The translations under genes and the position numbers were made by a program. From Minisyncoccia bacterium (lineage in GTDB: Bacteria > Patescibacteriota > Minisyncoccia > Phycocordibacterales > DATDWN01), in assembly GCA_049297675.1 (NCBI GenBank), contig JBAQUS010000011.1, positions 459 through 64,458 of the forward strand: a stretch of DNA of 64,000 nucleotides, written 5' to 3'. Positions 49,701 through 57,593 of this stretch are shown one piece after another. The notes under the pieces are model-generated. The model saw only the letters and a list, made by a program, of their open reading frames with translations, searched no databases and had not been told where the DNA came from. How positions within the stretch are numbered: the stretch's first letter is position 1; every line of letters starts with the position of its first letter.

Positions 49701-50515
49701 GGTTCGATACCTCTCACACTTTTACCGGCACCTGATTTAGCAAAGGTAATTGAGTTGTAGTTTTCTAGAGAAAATCTATCAAAGAGAATTAATGATGAGT
49801 TGTGTCTGTTTATTCCATAAAGAATTCCCTTATCAGATGTTAGGTCAAAAGAGATGAAAGGAAATAGACTGGATAGAGGTGAAGAATTTAGTTTACTATA
49901 AACCTTCAAATCATCTGTGCCGAGTGGAATGGTTGTTTTGAATCCCTGTTCTTGTTGGAAAAGAGCTGGTTTTACGTAAACTAATTTTGCTTCAAGAATT
50001 GATTTTATTTCTGACTCAACCTTATCTAGTTCACCATCGGAGTCGGCATAGATGGTCAAATATAGTCCGACATCAAAAAGTCTCTCCTGGGCTTGCTGGA
50101 GCTGATCTCTCAAGTTTTCGAGGTCTTGATAGGCTGTGTCTAGCATCGGGTTTCTAACCAAACCTTTGGCTTCTCTCGTGTTTATCTGACTCTGGACTTC
50201 AGCAACTTTTTTTTGGAAAGTACGGAGGACTTGGGAGGTTTCGATGGGTTGAATAAATATACCAACATCAAAGACTTTGTCTAGATTTATTATGGGAGCG
50301 AACCAACTTTCTGAAAGATATCTTGGGTAAGAAATAACAAAGAAAGATCTAACAACTTTCTCGCCCAAGTTAATTCCCTTTGGGGTGACCTTAAGAGCAC
50401 TAGGGGCAATGACATCTTTCAGTTCCAAAGAGCCAGAATCATATATCTGGTGCGGTAAAATGGTCGCAACATGTGTCTCTTCTTTTTTTCCCTTCAAAAA
50501 GTCAAATATTCCCAT
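46715..50515 (-). CDS. VirB4/TraC-like conjugative (T4SS) ATPase, C-terminal two-thirds, interrupted by an intein
   Basis: Extein: ..ITFAKSGAGK|[intein]|SFMTKLEIL.. reconstitutes P-loop SGAGKSF. Walker B LLVIDEAWWMM. 265-aa N-extein + 663-aa intein + 338-aa C-extein. Confidence 0.75.
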   Translation of the reverse strand: MGIFDFLKGKKEETHVATILPHQIYDSGSLELKDVIAPSALKVTPKGINLGEKVVRSFFVISYPRYLSESWFAPIINLDKVFDVGIFIQPIETSQVLRTFQKKVAEVQSQINTREAKGLVRNPMLDTAYQDLENLRDQLQQAQERLFDVGLYLTIYADSDGELDKVESEIKSILEAKLVYVKPALFQQEQGFKTTIPLGTDDLKVYSKLNSSPLSSLFPFISFDLTSDKGILYGINRHNSSLILFDRFSLENYNSITFAKSGAGKSVRGIEPVIIRKNGQIEFKQIGSLIEKTIKEKGKVKIDKEMEGTIDPGFEVWSFDSELKGSWSKVTIAARKQAPNTFYRFQTQSGREITTTGDHNMLVLRDGKVVVLKSTEVKNGEYIPLPREVSFSQNTQIKLNLFDLLKNQKRMYVVGGANIVNSVHKAYSRETINPRYDHYLPLYKKGRRIPLEFFNALMKKYDKKLTERESASLKIMSGSGRGSLPATFRVNEDFGTLLGYIGAEGCINQNAIQVSNIDEKVRSVVQKACKNLGVLCYPAPKDIVISDRPFVALIYAIGASGRSAKKHVPEILFGSPKEVISAYIRAYFEGDGGVDASRVTATSKSKNLLSEISYLLLGFGIVARLHKKTITYKKTGGKRLFWIISISGQENLTIFRDKIGFATPQKQEALKSICDKQNNTNVDIIPSVASLINELRVYFDSQLHNIPNLSALSHGVYNPGREELYKLVVSVEERINRFKKIEKTMKLMSELPEIETLINLGESNKEFNNRLYSELGSSWAWMKKRKGKPGLANIIILSRVVLGTETGNEILVATKRIHQSFLDFDSSIIDQNPGLGSAFRKKLPDRTSYEMVLDSAKFISETYRNIYANLPHIEGILKMLRRLAQSDLMWDPIISIEKRNNNAEKYVYDLTVDNEIFLAGTSGMFVHNSFMTKLEILRTLMFDVDVIVIDPEKEYEYLSEAVGGRYFNISLNSEHHINPFELPQPGEGESFANVLRSNIINLVGLFRIMMGGITPEEDAIIDRAITETYALKDITPDSDFQNIEPPLMSDFELVLSGMEGGDSLAQRLTKYTRGTWAGFINKPSNVDINKKFIVFSVRDMEDELKPIAMYIVMHYIWNMIRKKLKKRLLVIDEAWWMMKSEDTASFLLSLAKRGRKYYLGLATITQDVDDFMKSPYGVPIITNSSIQVLLKQSPTSMDKLQQTFNLTDEEKYLLLESDVGEGIFFAGLKHVAIKIIASYTEEQIITSDPSEILAIKSKKEELERNG
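47732..49720 (-). mobile_element. Intein (663 aa) with LAGLIDADG homing endonuclease, inserted in the Walker A P-loop
   Basis: Starts with Ser (SVRGIEPVII). Block B TTTGDHNMLV. LAGLIDADG-like LLGYIGAEGC and YIRAYFEGDGGV. Ends ..MFVHN followed by the +1 Ser. Confidence 0.7.
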
Positions 50516-50519
50516 AGTT

Positions 50520-51158
50520 TTAATTCATTTTTATTGGTTTTTCCGTGTCGCCTGGATTAAATATTTTATAAAACAGCTCTATGACCTCTTCCTCACCTAG
50601 CCTGACCACTCTTATTCCGCATCGGGATAGTCCTTGTTCTACCACCGAAACTCTCTGTTCAAGCTGTGTTCGATTTTCTTCAAAACTTACTTTCTTCTCC
50701 TCAGCCACCTGACTAGCAGATCTTCTTCCCAAAAGTCTTCCAGCAACCCCGCCTTTAATATCTATTATAGCAGGATCATAAGGCACAACCACGAAGAAAC
50801 TTTTTGTCATGATGTTTGTCGATTCGGTAAATTTTTTAACAAACTCTATATATTCCCTTGTTTGAATTTTCATTAAATCGTTAACTTGTTCCTTGTACCT
50901 GTCCTCCAAGAGGGCCAAGTACGGTCTTATATCCAGCCTTCTGGATTGAATAGAAATTTGAATTGCAAAATCCAACGAGTTTAAAAAATCTTGAAATTGC
51001 AAAATTATTGCGTTTCTTTCATCATCAGATTTTAGACTGAAGTTTAAAGAGGAAGTTAAAACAACAGCGCGCAAAGTACCATCTTTAAGCACTACTATTC
51101 CGTCACGGACTTCTCTTATTGGAACAAATTCTTGAGTTGCATTTGAAGCGACAACCAT
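50520..51158 (-). CDS. Probable N-terminal domain of the split VirB4-like ATPase (212 aa)
   Basis: Pattern IREVRDGIVVLKDGTLRAVVLTSSLNFSL resembles the VirB4 N-terminus. 212 + 265 aa places Walker A at about residue 477, as in intact VirB4. The stop is 4 nt before the ATG of the downstream ORF. Confidence 0.4.
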   Translation of the reverse strand: MVVASNATQEFVPIREVRDGIVVLKDGTLRAVVLTSSLNFSLKSDDERNAIILQFQDFLNSLDFAIQISIQSRRLDIRPYLALLEDRYKEQVNDLMKIQTREYIEFVKKFTESTNIMTKSFFVVVPYDPAIIDIKGGVAGRLLGRRSASQVAEEKKVSFEENRTQLEQRVSVVEQGLSRCGIRVVRLGEEEVIELFYKIFNPGDTEKPIKMN

Positions 51159-51255
51159 GAAAGTTAGTTATAAAGTAATAAAGTTCATTAAATTTTCAAC
51201 TGTATAATGTATTGTACTATACTTTATAAACTTTATAAACTTTCAACTCCTCGAA
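51159..51255 (-). promoter_or_regulatory. Promoter: tandem AAAGTTTATAAAGT motif, N4, TACAAT, then conserved leader GAACTTTATTACTTTATAACTAACTTT before the ATG
   Basis: Read on the minus strand. Nearly identical module at 51691..51772. Confidence 0.45.
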
Positions 51256-51690
51256 CTATCTTGTTGTCTTTCCGTCCTCCCCTGTCAGCGGATTTAAATT
51301 TTCATTTATGTCCAATGTCCACGAAAGTTCCTTTAGTTTGCTTTCTGAAAGTTTTGGAACAAAAACTTGTCTAGCTGAAGTTTCCGGAGTTTCTGACTCT
51401 ACTATTTTTTTGTCTTCCCTTTTCCAGATATAAAGATTTTGTTTTGTATAGTAGAGAAATGCTGATTCCAAAAAATCTATGAATGGTTTGTTGTTTATTT
51501 TATAAAATGCAAGAGCAACGGATAGCCCAGCAACTGCTCCTATAGGAAATATGGCTATATAAAAAGGCAGATATCTATAAAGTATAAAAGACATAAAAGC
51601 TCCACCGGCAATATAAACAAACTGTTTTATAGTGAATGGCCCAATTATTTTGTCTTCTATTTCTATAAATTGAGGAACTTGGTATTTCAT
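51256..51690 (-). CDS. Small 2-TM membrane protein, VirB3-like by size, topology and position upstream of VirB4
   Basis: 144 aa. Two hydrophobic helices (IAGGAFMSFILYRYLPFYIAIFPIGAVAGLSVALAFY). Confidence 0.4.
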   Translation of the reverse strand: MKYQVPQFIEIEDKIIGPFTIKQFVYIAGGAFMSFILYRYLPFYIAIFPIGAVAGLSVALAFYKINNKPFIDFLESAFLYYTKQNLYIWKREDKKIVESETPETSARQVFVPKLSESKLKELSWTLDINENLNPLTGEDGKTTR

Positions 51691-51772
51691 AAATTAGTTA
51701 TAAAGTTCATAAAGTGAATTCACTAAATTATACCCCACTTTATAAACTTTATAAACTTTTAACTTTACAAAC
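51691..51772 (-). promoter_or_regulatory. Promoter: AAAGTTTATAAAGTTTATAAAGT-GGGG-TATAAT plus conserved leader
   Basis: rc of 51727..51732 is TATAAT. The tandem motif occupies the -35 region (TTTATA with a 17-nt spacer). Confidence 0.5.
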
Positions 51773-53626
51773 TCATTCTGTTGGTTCTCTATATGGATCG
51801 ACAACATATTCGTGGGTAATAGGTGTACTTTGAGTGTTTTCCACTCTGGCGTAAGTTGAATTATTTAATTTATCATTAGTCACTGAGTTACCTTGAGGTG
51901 CTTTATACTGACCAATATTATCTTGATAGTCCGGTCTCTGATACTGCGGGGTATTTTGTTGTTCATTCTGTTGTTTTTGAGCATATTGAACAGAAAAATC
52001 ATTTCTTGGATTAACCTGAACGTTTTGAGTTTCTTTTAGAGGATCGTTGAACGTGGCGTTGCCAAATTTCGGAACGAAAGCCGGTCTTTCAGCCTGAAAG
52101 ATTCTTTGTTGTGGCTCATTTTCCTTTAAAGCAGGTTCTCTTTCAATTTTTTGACCTTGTTCTGGCCAATAGTTTTTATCCAAATTTCTTGTATTAACTT
52201 GGTAGGGCTGGTTTATATTTTGAATATTTTGGGGAGCGTTCCATCCAGGAATATTTGCTCTGCTGTTTGTCGAATTTTCTCTACCGAAAACTATTTTTGG
52301 AGCAGAACTAGAATTTAACGGTTTGCTGAAATTACTCTCGTCGGTAAAGGCGCTAGGTTTATTCAGTGCTCCAAATGGTCTGCTTCCTGTATTTTGTCCT
52401 AGATTTTGCCCGATCGGTTTATTGAGAGCTTCTTCGGAAAGTGTAGAATTAGTTCTTTCCTGGGGTCTTTGAGGTGCTTGTGAAAAGCTAGTTTGATTCA
52501 GCACTTCATTTACAGCTTGTTGTGCAGGCCTGTATTTGACTTCAAATCCCGGCTTTTTACTTGGCACTACAGTAGTTTTGTTTTCGGGTTTGTATTCATG
52601 TGAGATGTTAGTGTCCACTCCAGGTAGATTAGGAGGTGATTCCCTGACTGCCTCTCTAGCGTTTGCTATGGGATATTGCAGTCCTTTTTTCTCGGCAGTT
52701 TCTTTTTCTATGTTTGACTGAATTCTTTTATAAAGTCCTTCGGCGTTTTCGGTTATCCTATTTTTTAGGCTAAAAGCGATTTTTTTGGCCACATAACTAT
52801 CCACACCGAGGTATTTCGAAATTAAAGCTTCCTGATTTTGATCATCTTGAATATCTAGGATAATGTCTCCCATAAGAGAGATGAGACTTTTTGTTTGTTC
52901 CTCGTTTAGTCGATTTACTCTGGCGATATCGTCCATTTCAAAAGAAAGTTCACTAGAGACAAATATAACCCTAAGTATCTCGGGGAGGTTTTCGTATAGG
53001 TCCCAATACTCTCCCGGTGATATTTTCATCACTCTGTTGTATCTGCCAGCAAAAGATTTATCGTGGGTTTTTTTTGCTTCGACTTTCGGTTCCGTTCTAA
53101 GAGGAACTCTTACGGTTGCTTCAACCGATGGTCTTGTCTCTGTTACTGGGACGTACATTGGAGCGGGAGAATATCTCGGCACGGAAATTGTTTGCTCTGT
53201 ATGTGCTGGTGGAGGAGTTACTTGCCTCGTAGGATTTTGTGCTGAATTTTCGGGAGATTTGTAAACATTAGAAACTGGTCTGGGCGTCTCTTTTTTTTGG
53301 GCTCTACTTTCTATAAATTTTAGAGCATAATCGAAGACTCTTTTGTCTAGATCTTCAAAAATCTGCTCGGATAAAATTGGAGAGAAGCCGTGAGTTTCTT
53401 TCAAATTTGATAAAAGCTGGTTTTGATCGTCCTGACCTATAATGACAAAAAGGACATCATCTATAAGGTTTTCCGTTTGTTCAGGAGTTAGTCCATACTT
53501 TTGAGAGACCTCTCTCACTCTATTTTCCCAAACTCCTTCGGACAGTAAATCAGAAACTTCATTTGAAAGAGAAGCCATTATTTGATCTGTGTCATTTTTG
53601 ATTTGATTTTGGTTTACAGGATCCAT
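51773..53626 (-). CDS. Gln/Asn/Pro-rich low-complexity protein (617 aa) within the T4SS-like cluster
   Basis: Long ORF with an ordered N-terminal domain, then Q/N/P-rich repeats (QNTPQYQRPDYQDN..). Confidence 0.5.
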   Translation of the reverse strand: MDPVNQNQIKNDTDQIMASLSNEVSDLLSEGVWENRVREVSQKYGLTPEQTENLIDDVLFVIIGQDDQNQLLSNLKETHGFSPILSEQIFEDLDKRVFDYALKFIESRAQKKETPRPVSNVYKSPENSAQNPTRQVTPPPAHTEQTISVPRYSPAPMYVPVTETRPSVEATVRVPLRTEPKVEAKKTHDKSFAGRYNRVMKISPGEYWDLYENLPEILRVIFVSSELSFEMDDIARVNRLNEEQTKSLISLMGDIILDIQDDQNQEALISKYLGVDSYVAKKIAFSLKNRITENAEGLYKRIQSNIEKETAEKKGLQYPIANAREAVRESPPNLPGVDTNISHEYKPENKTTVVPSKKPGFEVKYRPAQQAVNEVLNQTSFSQAPQRPQERTNSTLSEEALNKPIGQNLGQNTGSRPFGALNKPSAFTDESNFSKPLNSSSAPKIVFGRENSTNSRANIPGWNAPQNIQNINQPYQVNTRNLDKNYWPEQGQKIEREPALKENEPQQRIFQAERPAFVPKFGNATFNDPLKETQNVQVNPRNDFSVQYAQKQQNEQQNTPQYQRPDYQDNIGQYKAPQGNSVTNDKLNNSTYARVENTQSTPITHEYVVDPYREPTE

Positions 53627-53638
53627 ATTCTAGTATTG

Positions 53639-56020
53639 TTAAGTCGTTGTTCCACCTCCAGTGTTGTCTTGGGTTGGAGTTGGTTCAGATGCTGTCTCAG
53701 GTACAGGTGCTTGGGTGGTTGTTTCAGTTTCCACATCTTTGGCAAAGTCCGGGTTCTCCTTTCTTCTCTGTTTCAATATATCAGCTAATTGCTGGTCTGC
53801 GGTTTTTCCTTTGGCCGCATTCCTAACCTCTATGGCCAATCGTTTTCTATACTGTGTCGGTTTTGTTTCTCTTCCAGTGACTGTTGAAACAGCCCCGCGA
53901 GCTATTCTCTGGTACAGAGGTCCCCTCTCTACTCTTTCAGCCTTCAACCCTACTCTTTGACTGTATTCACTGACAACAGATTTGCCAATATCGATATCTG
54001 TGTCTTTCAAAACAATTTTACCTCCTTTTGTTTCTGTTCCACCACCTAAAGCTACCAGTCGCTCTTTTTCTTTTGAAATCCACCTATTTTCTTTTAGGGC
54101 TTTCTTCTCTTCATCAATCTCCATAATTTTCTGTCTTTTTTCTCTTACTGCCTCACTCTTTCTAAATAACTCCTCTTCTTTTTCTCGAGCATCCCTCTCA
54201 AGTTTTTCTGCACTTGCTATATATCTGGAACGGGTATTTTGGTAAGTTGGATCAACTTCTTTATCGTAAATTTCTCTTTCTGCCTCAGCTCTAAGTTTTT
54301 CGTTTGGAGCACTGTTTTTCTTGGCTACAAGCTCATCCATTTCTCTGGTGGCTTGAGCTCTCTCGGCCAAGGCTTTTTCTTTCTTTATCTTGATCTCAGC
54401 CTCCATCGTCACTTTTTCTGTATCGTGTTCTACTACATCTTTTCTTATTCTATCTTCATCAGCTTTTTCTCTCGAGTTCAGATATGTGTCGGAATTATAA
54501 TAAGCCTTTCTTTCTTCAGCTTTTCTATCCTCCTCAATTTTGAATCTACTACCAAGTGCAGTATTCACATTTAGTTTTGCTTTTGCCTCTTCTTTGGCAA
54601 CCTTTGTTGGTTCTAGCGCTTCAGCTTTCTTTTTCTCATCCTTTAGCTTCTGCTCCCTTATAGCTCTAAAATTACTCTCTTTTTCATTCACTTTTCCAAA
54701 ACCAGTTTCTTGTCCCAAGACTTGACCTATGGCAGTTTTACCAGCTCTTGTTGCTCTAGCGTCAAAAGTGCTAGTGGATGCTCTGTTTGCGGCCGCTAGT
54801 TGAAGTCTGGCTCTTACACTACCTTCAGCCGCTCGCCTCTTCAAATCCTCATCACCTGCCATCCTCTCACCGTATCTTCCGATAGTGGTTCTACCTATTC
54901 TTGCCGCACCGCCAAGAAGCGCTCCACCTGCAAATCCAGTTGCTGCCGATGTGAATTTCCCAATCTGACTAGCACCCTGCGTGGCGAATTGTTTGGAAAT
55001 AACGATGGATGCGATGGTTAACCCAATAACCAAGGCAAAATTAACAATAACACTAGCCGCTCCTTGTGCCGCTATACCATCTGTCGTTTTTGCTAAGTTA
55101 TCATAGCCAAGACTTGTATTTCCTAGAAATCCTTGATCTCCCATTATTGTCAGAACCACCCAAGTCATTATCATATAAACCGGGGGCCAGATAATTTGTC
55201 CCCAAAATGATTCCCACCATTTGTCAGCGTGTTTTTTCATACCTTTCCACGCTAAGCCCATGTAAGCAATTGGCGAAAGGGCCAAGAGAGCTAAAAGAAT
55301 AATATATCTTACAATAAACATTACACTTACAGCTAGAAATACGAATATCACTACCAGAAATAAAATTGACATGCCTACGTATGCGAATGCTTGTCCTGTA
55401 CCTGTAACTGTCGCTAAACCTTCAGGTGAGTAAAAACTCTGCAAATTTATACGATTCATGTATGCATTTGATAATCCGTCTGTCAGTAATATGGCACCTG
55501 GATTTGGTACAACAATATTGTTGTATATTCCTATCGTTACAACATTTGAAGCATCTATAATTACTTTTGTAAAAAATAGACTGAAGTTTATTAGTATTGA
55601 TGCTAGGAATATTCCAAAAACGAATTTTCTTACACTCGAGACATCCTCTATGCTTAAAATAACAAGTATGGCCTGATAAACCAACATGAATATAAAGCCT
55701 ATATTCATTAAATCCTTTATAACTTTCCACGCTGTGTTTATACCAGTTAAATCTCTTATACTATTTGCCATCTTAAAGATAGTTAGATCTATAACACTGT
55801 TAAGGATAAGGCCGGAAAGACCCATAAGCCAGGACATTAGTTTGGCAACGAACCAAAGTATATTAGTAATAATGTCCGTCATGAGACCTGAAAAGCCCCT
55901 TCCCAACACAACTTGGTCAAGGAATACGCCAGCATCAACAAAACCAGTCGGCAAAAGTACACCAACTATGAGTACCAATATTAGAATGTATTTTACCCCC
56001 CCCTTCATTAAATTGGTCAT
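53639..56020 (-). CDS. Polytopic membrane protein (VirB6/TrbL-like N-domain) with long Lys/Glu-rich coiled-coil C-terminal region
   Basis: About 7 TM helices in the first 330 aa. C-terminal charged coiled coil. VirB6 assignment is inference. Confidence 0.4.
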   Translation of the reverse strand: MTNLMKGGVKYILILVLIVGVLLPTGFVDAGVFLDQVVLGRGFSGLMTDIITNILWFVAKLMSWLMGLSGLILNSVIDLTIFKMANSIRDLTGINTAWKVIKDLMNIGFIFMLVYQAILVILSIEDVSSVRKFVFGIFLASILINFSLFFTKVIIDASNVVTIGIYNNIVVPNPGAILLTDGLSNAYMNRINLQSFYSPEGLATVTGTGQAFAYVGMSILFLVVIFVFLAVSVMFIVRYIILLALLALSPIAYMGLAWKGMKKHADKWWESFWGQIIWPPVYMIMTWVVLTIMGDQGFLGNTSLGYDNLAKTTDGIAAQGAASVIVNFALVIGLTIASIVISKQFATQGASQIGKFTSAATGFAGGALLGGAARIGRTTIGRYGERMAGDEDLKRRAAEGSVRARLQLAAANRASTSTFDARATRAGKTAIGQVLGQETGFGKVNEKESNFRAIREQKLKDEKKKAEALEPTKVAKEEAKAKLNVNTALGSRFKIEEDRKAEERKAYYNSDTYLNSREKADEDRIRKDVVEHDTEKVTMEAEIKIKKEKALAERAQATREMDELVAKKNSAPNEKLRAEAEREIYDKEVDPTYQNTRSRYIASAEKLERDAREKEEELFRKSEAVREKRQKIMEIDEEKKALKENRWISKEKERLVALGGGTETKGGKIVLKDTDIDIGKSVVSEYSQRVGLKAERVERGPLYQRIARGAVSTVTGRETKPTQYRKRLAIEVRNAAKGKTADQQLADILKQRRKENPDFAKDVETETTTQAPVPETASEPTPTQDNTGGGTTT

Positions 56021-56105
56021 GTGTTAGTTTTCTAAACCACAACTATCTTTTCCTGTACCTGTATGTATGTTCTAACATATTTTTCAATTTTTGTCTAGGT
56101 CCTAT

Positions 56106-57581
56106 CTAAGGCATCTGTACTAGAACTATATTTGATCTTTCGTTATTTCCACAGGGTGTACCGTCAGTTAGTCTTTGATTTCCGTTTGAAACCATAAATC
56201 CGACTTGTTCACCAGAGACCGGTCTGTGTCCAGTCATAGGAGCCCAACGGCTATCGTACCACCAGTTTGTTGGCAGTTGAATTTTTGGGTCGCCTGGACC
56301 ACCGTCATTTGTTCCTCCAGTCCAATTTCTAACAAAGGCCGAACCATACCATTGACCGTTTATATTAACGAAAGCCCACAAAGTATGTAAGATAGGTTCG
56401 TTGTTGCCGAACGGAGCACATTGAGGCCAAGCACCTTCCAAAGTGTAATCTACATTCCATGCACCACCCCAGTTTCCTCCAGTTATGTCAGTTGACTGAA
56501 CCATTGAGGTTATCTGTGGTGCTGGTCCAACAATAGTTACTGATGCAGGATCAAGTGTACCAACTATATTCCAAGCACCGCTTCCTGTTCCTGTACCACC
56601 TCCACCTCCCCCACCAGTGTTATCATCATCGCAAACATAACCTTGGTTACTAGGACAAGGAGGTGGTGGAGGAGCTCCAGGTGCTTCCCCTGGAGGTTGG
56701 TCTTGCTCAGCTTCTAGATCTTCAGTGTATTTGGTTTCTCCTGTTCCTGGATTGCTTGCACCGAATAGCCCTCTGCCTACGCCACCAACTATCCTTCCGG
56801 CAAGTTGGTTAAACAGTGCACCTATAATTTCATTTATCTCATCAGCCACTTCAAGTCTTCTTGTTCCTATACCGACGTTAAGGTGAAGAGATTCAGATAT
56901 GACACTTCCAGGCGTGTTGGTTTGTTTATCTACTTGACAGTCACCTGTACCAAAAGACGGATCAAGTTCCATGCCTTCAGGACATGTTTCCCAAGAGAGA
57001 AATCCTCCACTCCAGTTCAGTTGATCCTGAAACTTGTCTTGTTGATTACCTACATCTATTGCCAGCTGGTTTTGAGCACTGTTCAATGCTCCATACGGGT
57101 TGTTTTGATCATTTTGAGTCACTTCAAACCAACCTCCCCAACCACCTTGGCTGAAATCCCCCATGAACTGATCATAGTTGTTTGCTAGTACTCCTAGACT
57201 GCATACAAAGTTATCATCTTCACTGAGGTAGTTTTTAACTAAAGCCAAGCGCACCTGAGCTCTAAACGGACTACAAACAGCATTTAATTTTCCGCTTGAT
57301 AAAAGTCTTGATGCCGCCCTGTCAGCTTCGTTTAAAAAGAATTGTTGGGGATTTCTAACAAAGGCTGGAGATCCCTGAAATCCAGAGTTTATCCAGTTTA
57401 CCGTCTGTGCAGTTATTATTCTAAGCATGGAGTTAACCAGATTGTAAGCGATTACATCAAGTACGAATTCCTTGATAGATTGGGCTATGTCGACGTACTG
57501 GGCTTGAGCCTTTTGAGGGTATGAGGAGAGAAGTATTAAAACTATCAATGTTCCAGCGATAATTTTTTTAGTGTATATCAT
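56106..57581 (-). CDS. Secreted protein with Gly-rich and poly-Pro segments
   Basis: Signal peptide MIYTKKIIAGTLIVLILLSSYPQKAQA. PPPPPCPSNQGYVCDDDNTGGGGGGG. Confidence 0.5.
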   Translation of the reverse strand: MIYTKKIIAGTLIVLILLSSYPQKAQAQYVDIAQSIKEFVLDVIAYNLVNSMLRIITAQTVNWINSGFQGSPAFVRNPQQFFLNEADRAASRLLSSGKLNAVCSPFRAQVRLALVKNYLSEDDNFVCSLGVLANNYDQFMGDFSQGGWGGWFEVTQNDQNNPYGALNSAQNQLAIDVGNQQDKFQDQLNWSGGFLSWETCPEGMELDPSFGTGDCQVDKQTNTPGSVISESLHLNVGIGTRRLEVADEINEIIGALFNQLAGRIVGGVGRGLFGASNPGTGETKYTEDLEAEQDQPPGEAPGAPPPPPCPSNQGYVCDDDNTGGGGGGGTGTGSGAWNIVGTLDPASVTIVGPAPQITSMVQSTDITGGNWGGAWNVDYTLEGAWPQCAPFGNNEPILHTLWAFVNINGQWYGSAFVRNWTGGTNDGGPGDPKIQLPTNWWYDSRWAPMTGHRPVSGEQVGFMVSNGNQRLTDGTPCGNNERSNIVLVQMP

Positions 57582-57593
57582 GATGATATTATT

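Noticed and set aside
53661-55021. Several plus-strand ORFs of 60-110 aa (e.g. 53661..53960, 54239..54574, 54800..55021)
   Set aside because: Antisense within the 793-aa membrane/coiled-coil protein gene. Low-complexity Ser/Phe-rich translations typical of complement of Lys/Glu-rich coding DNA.
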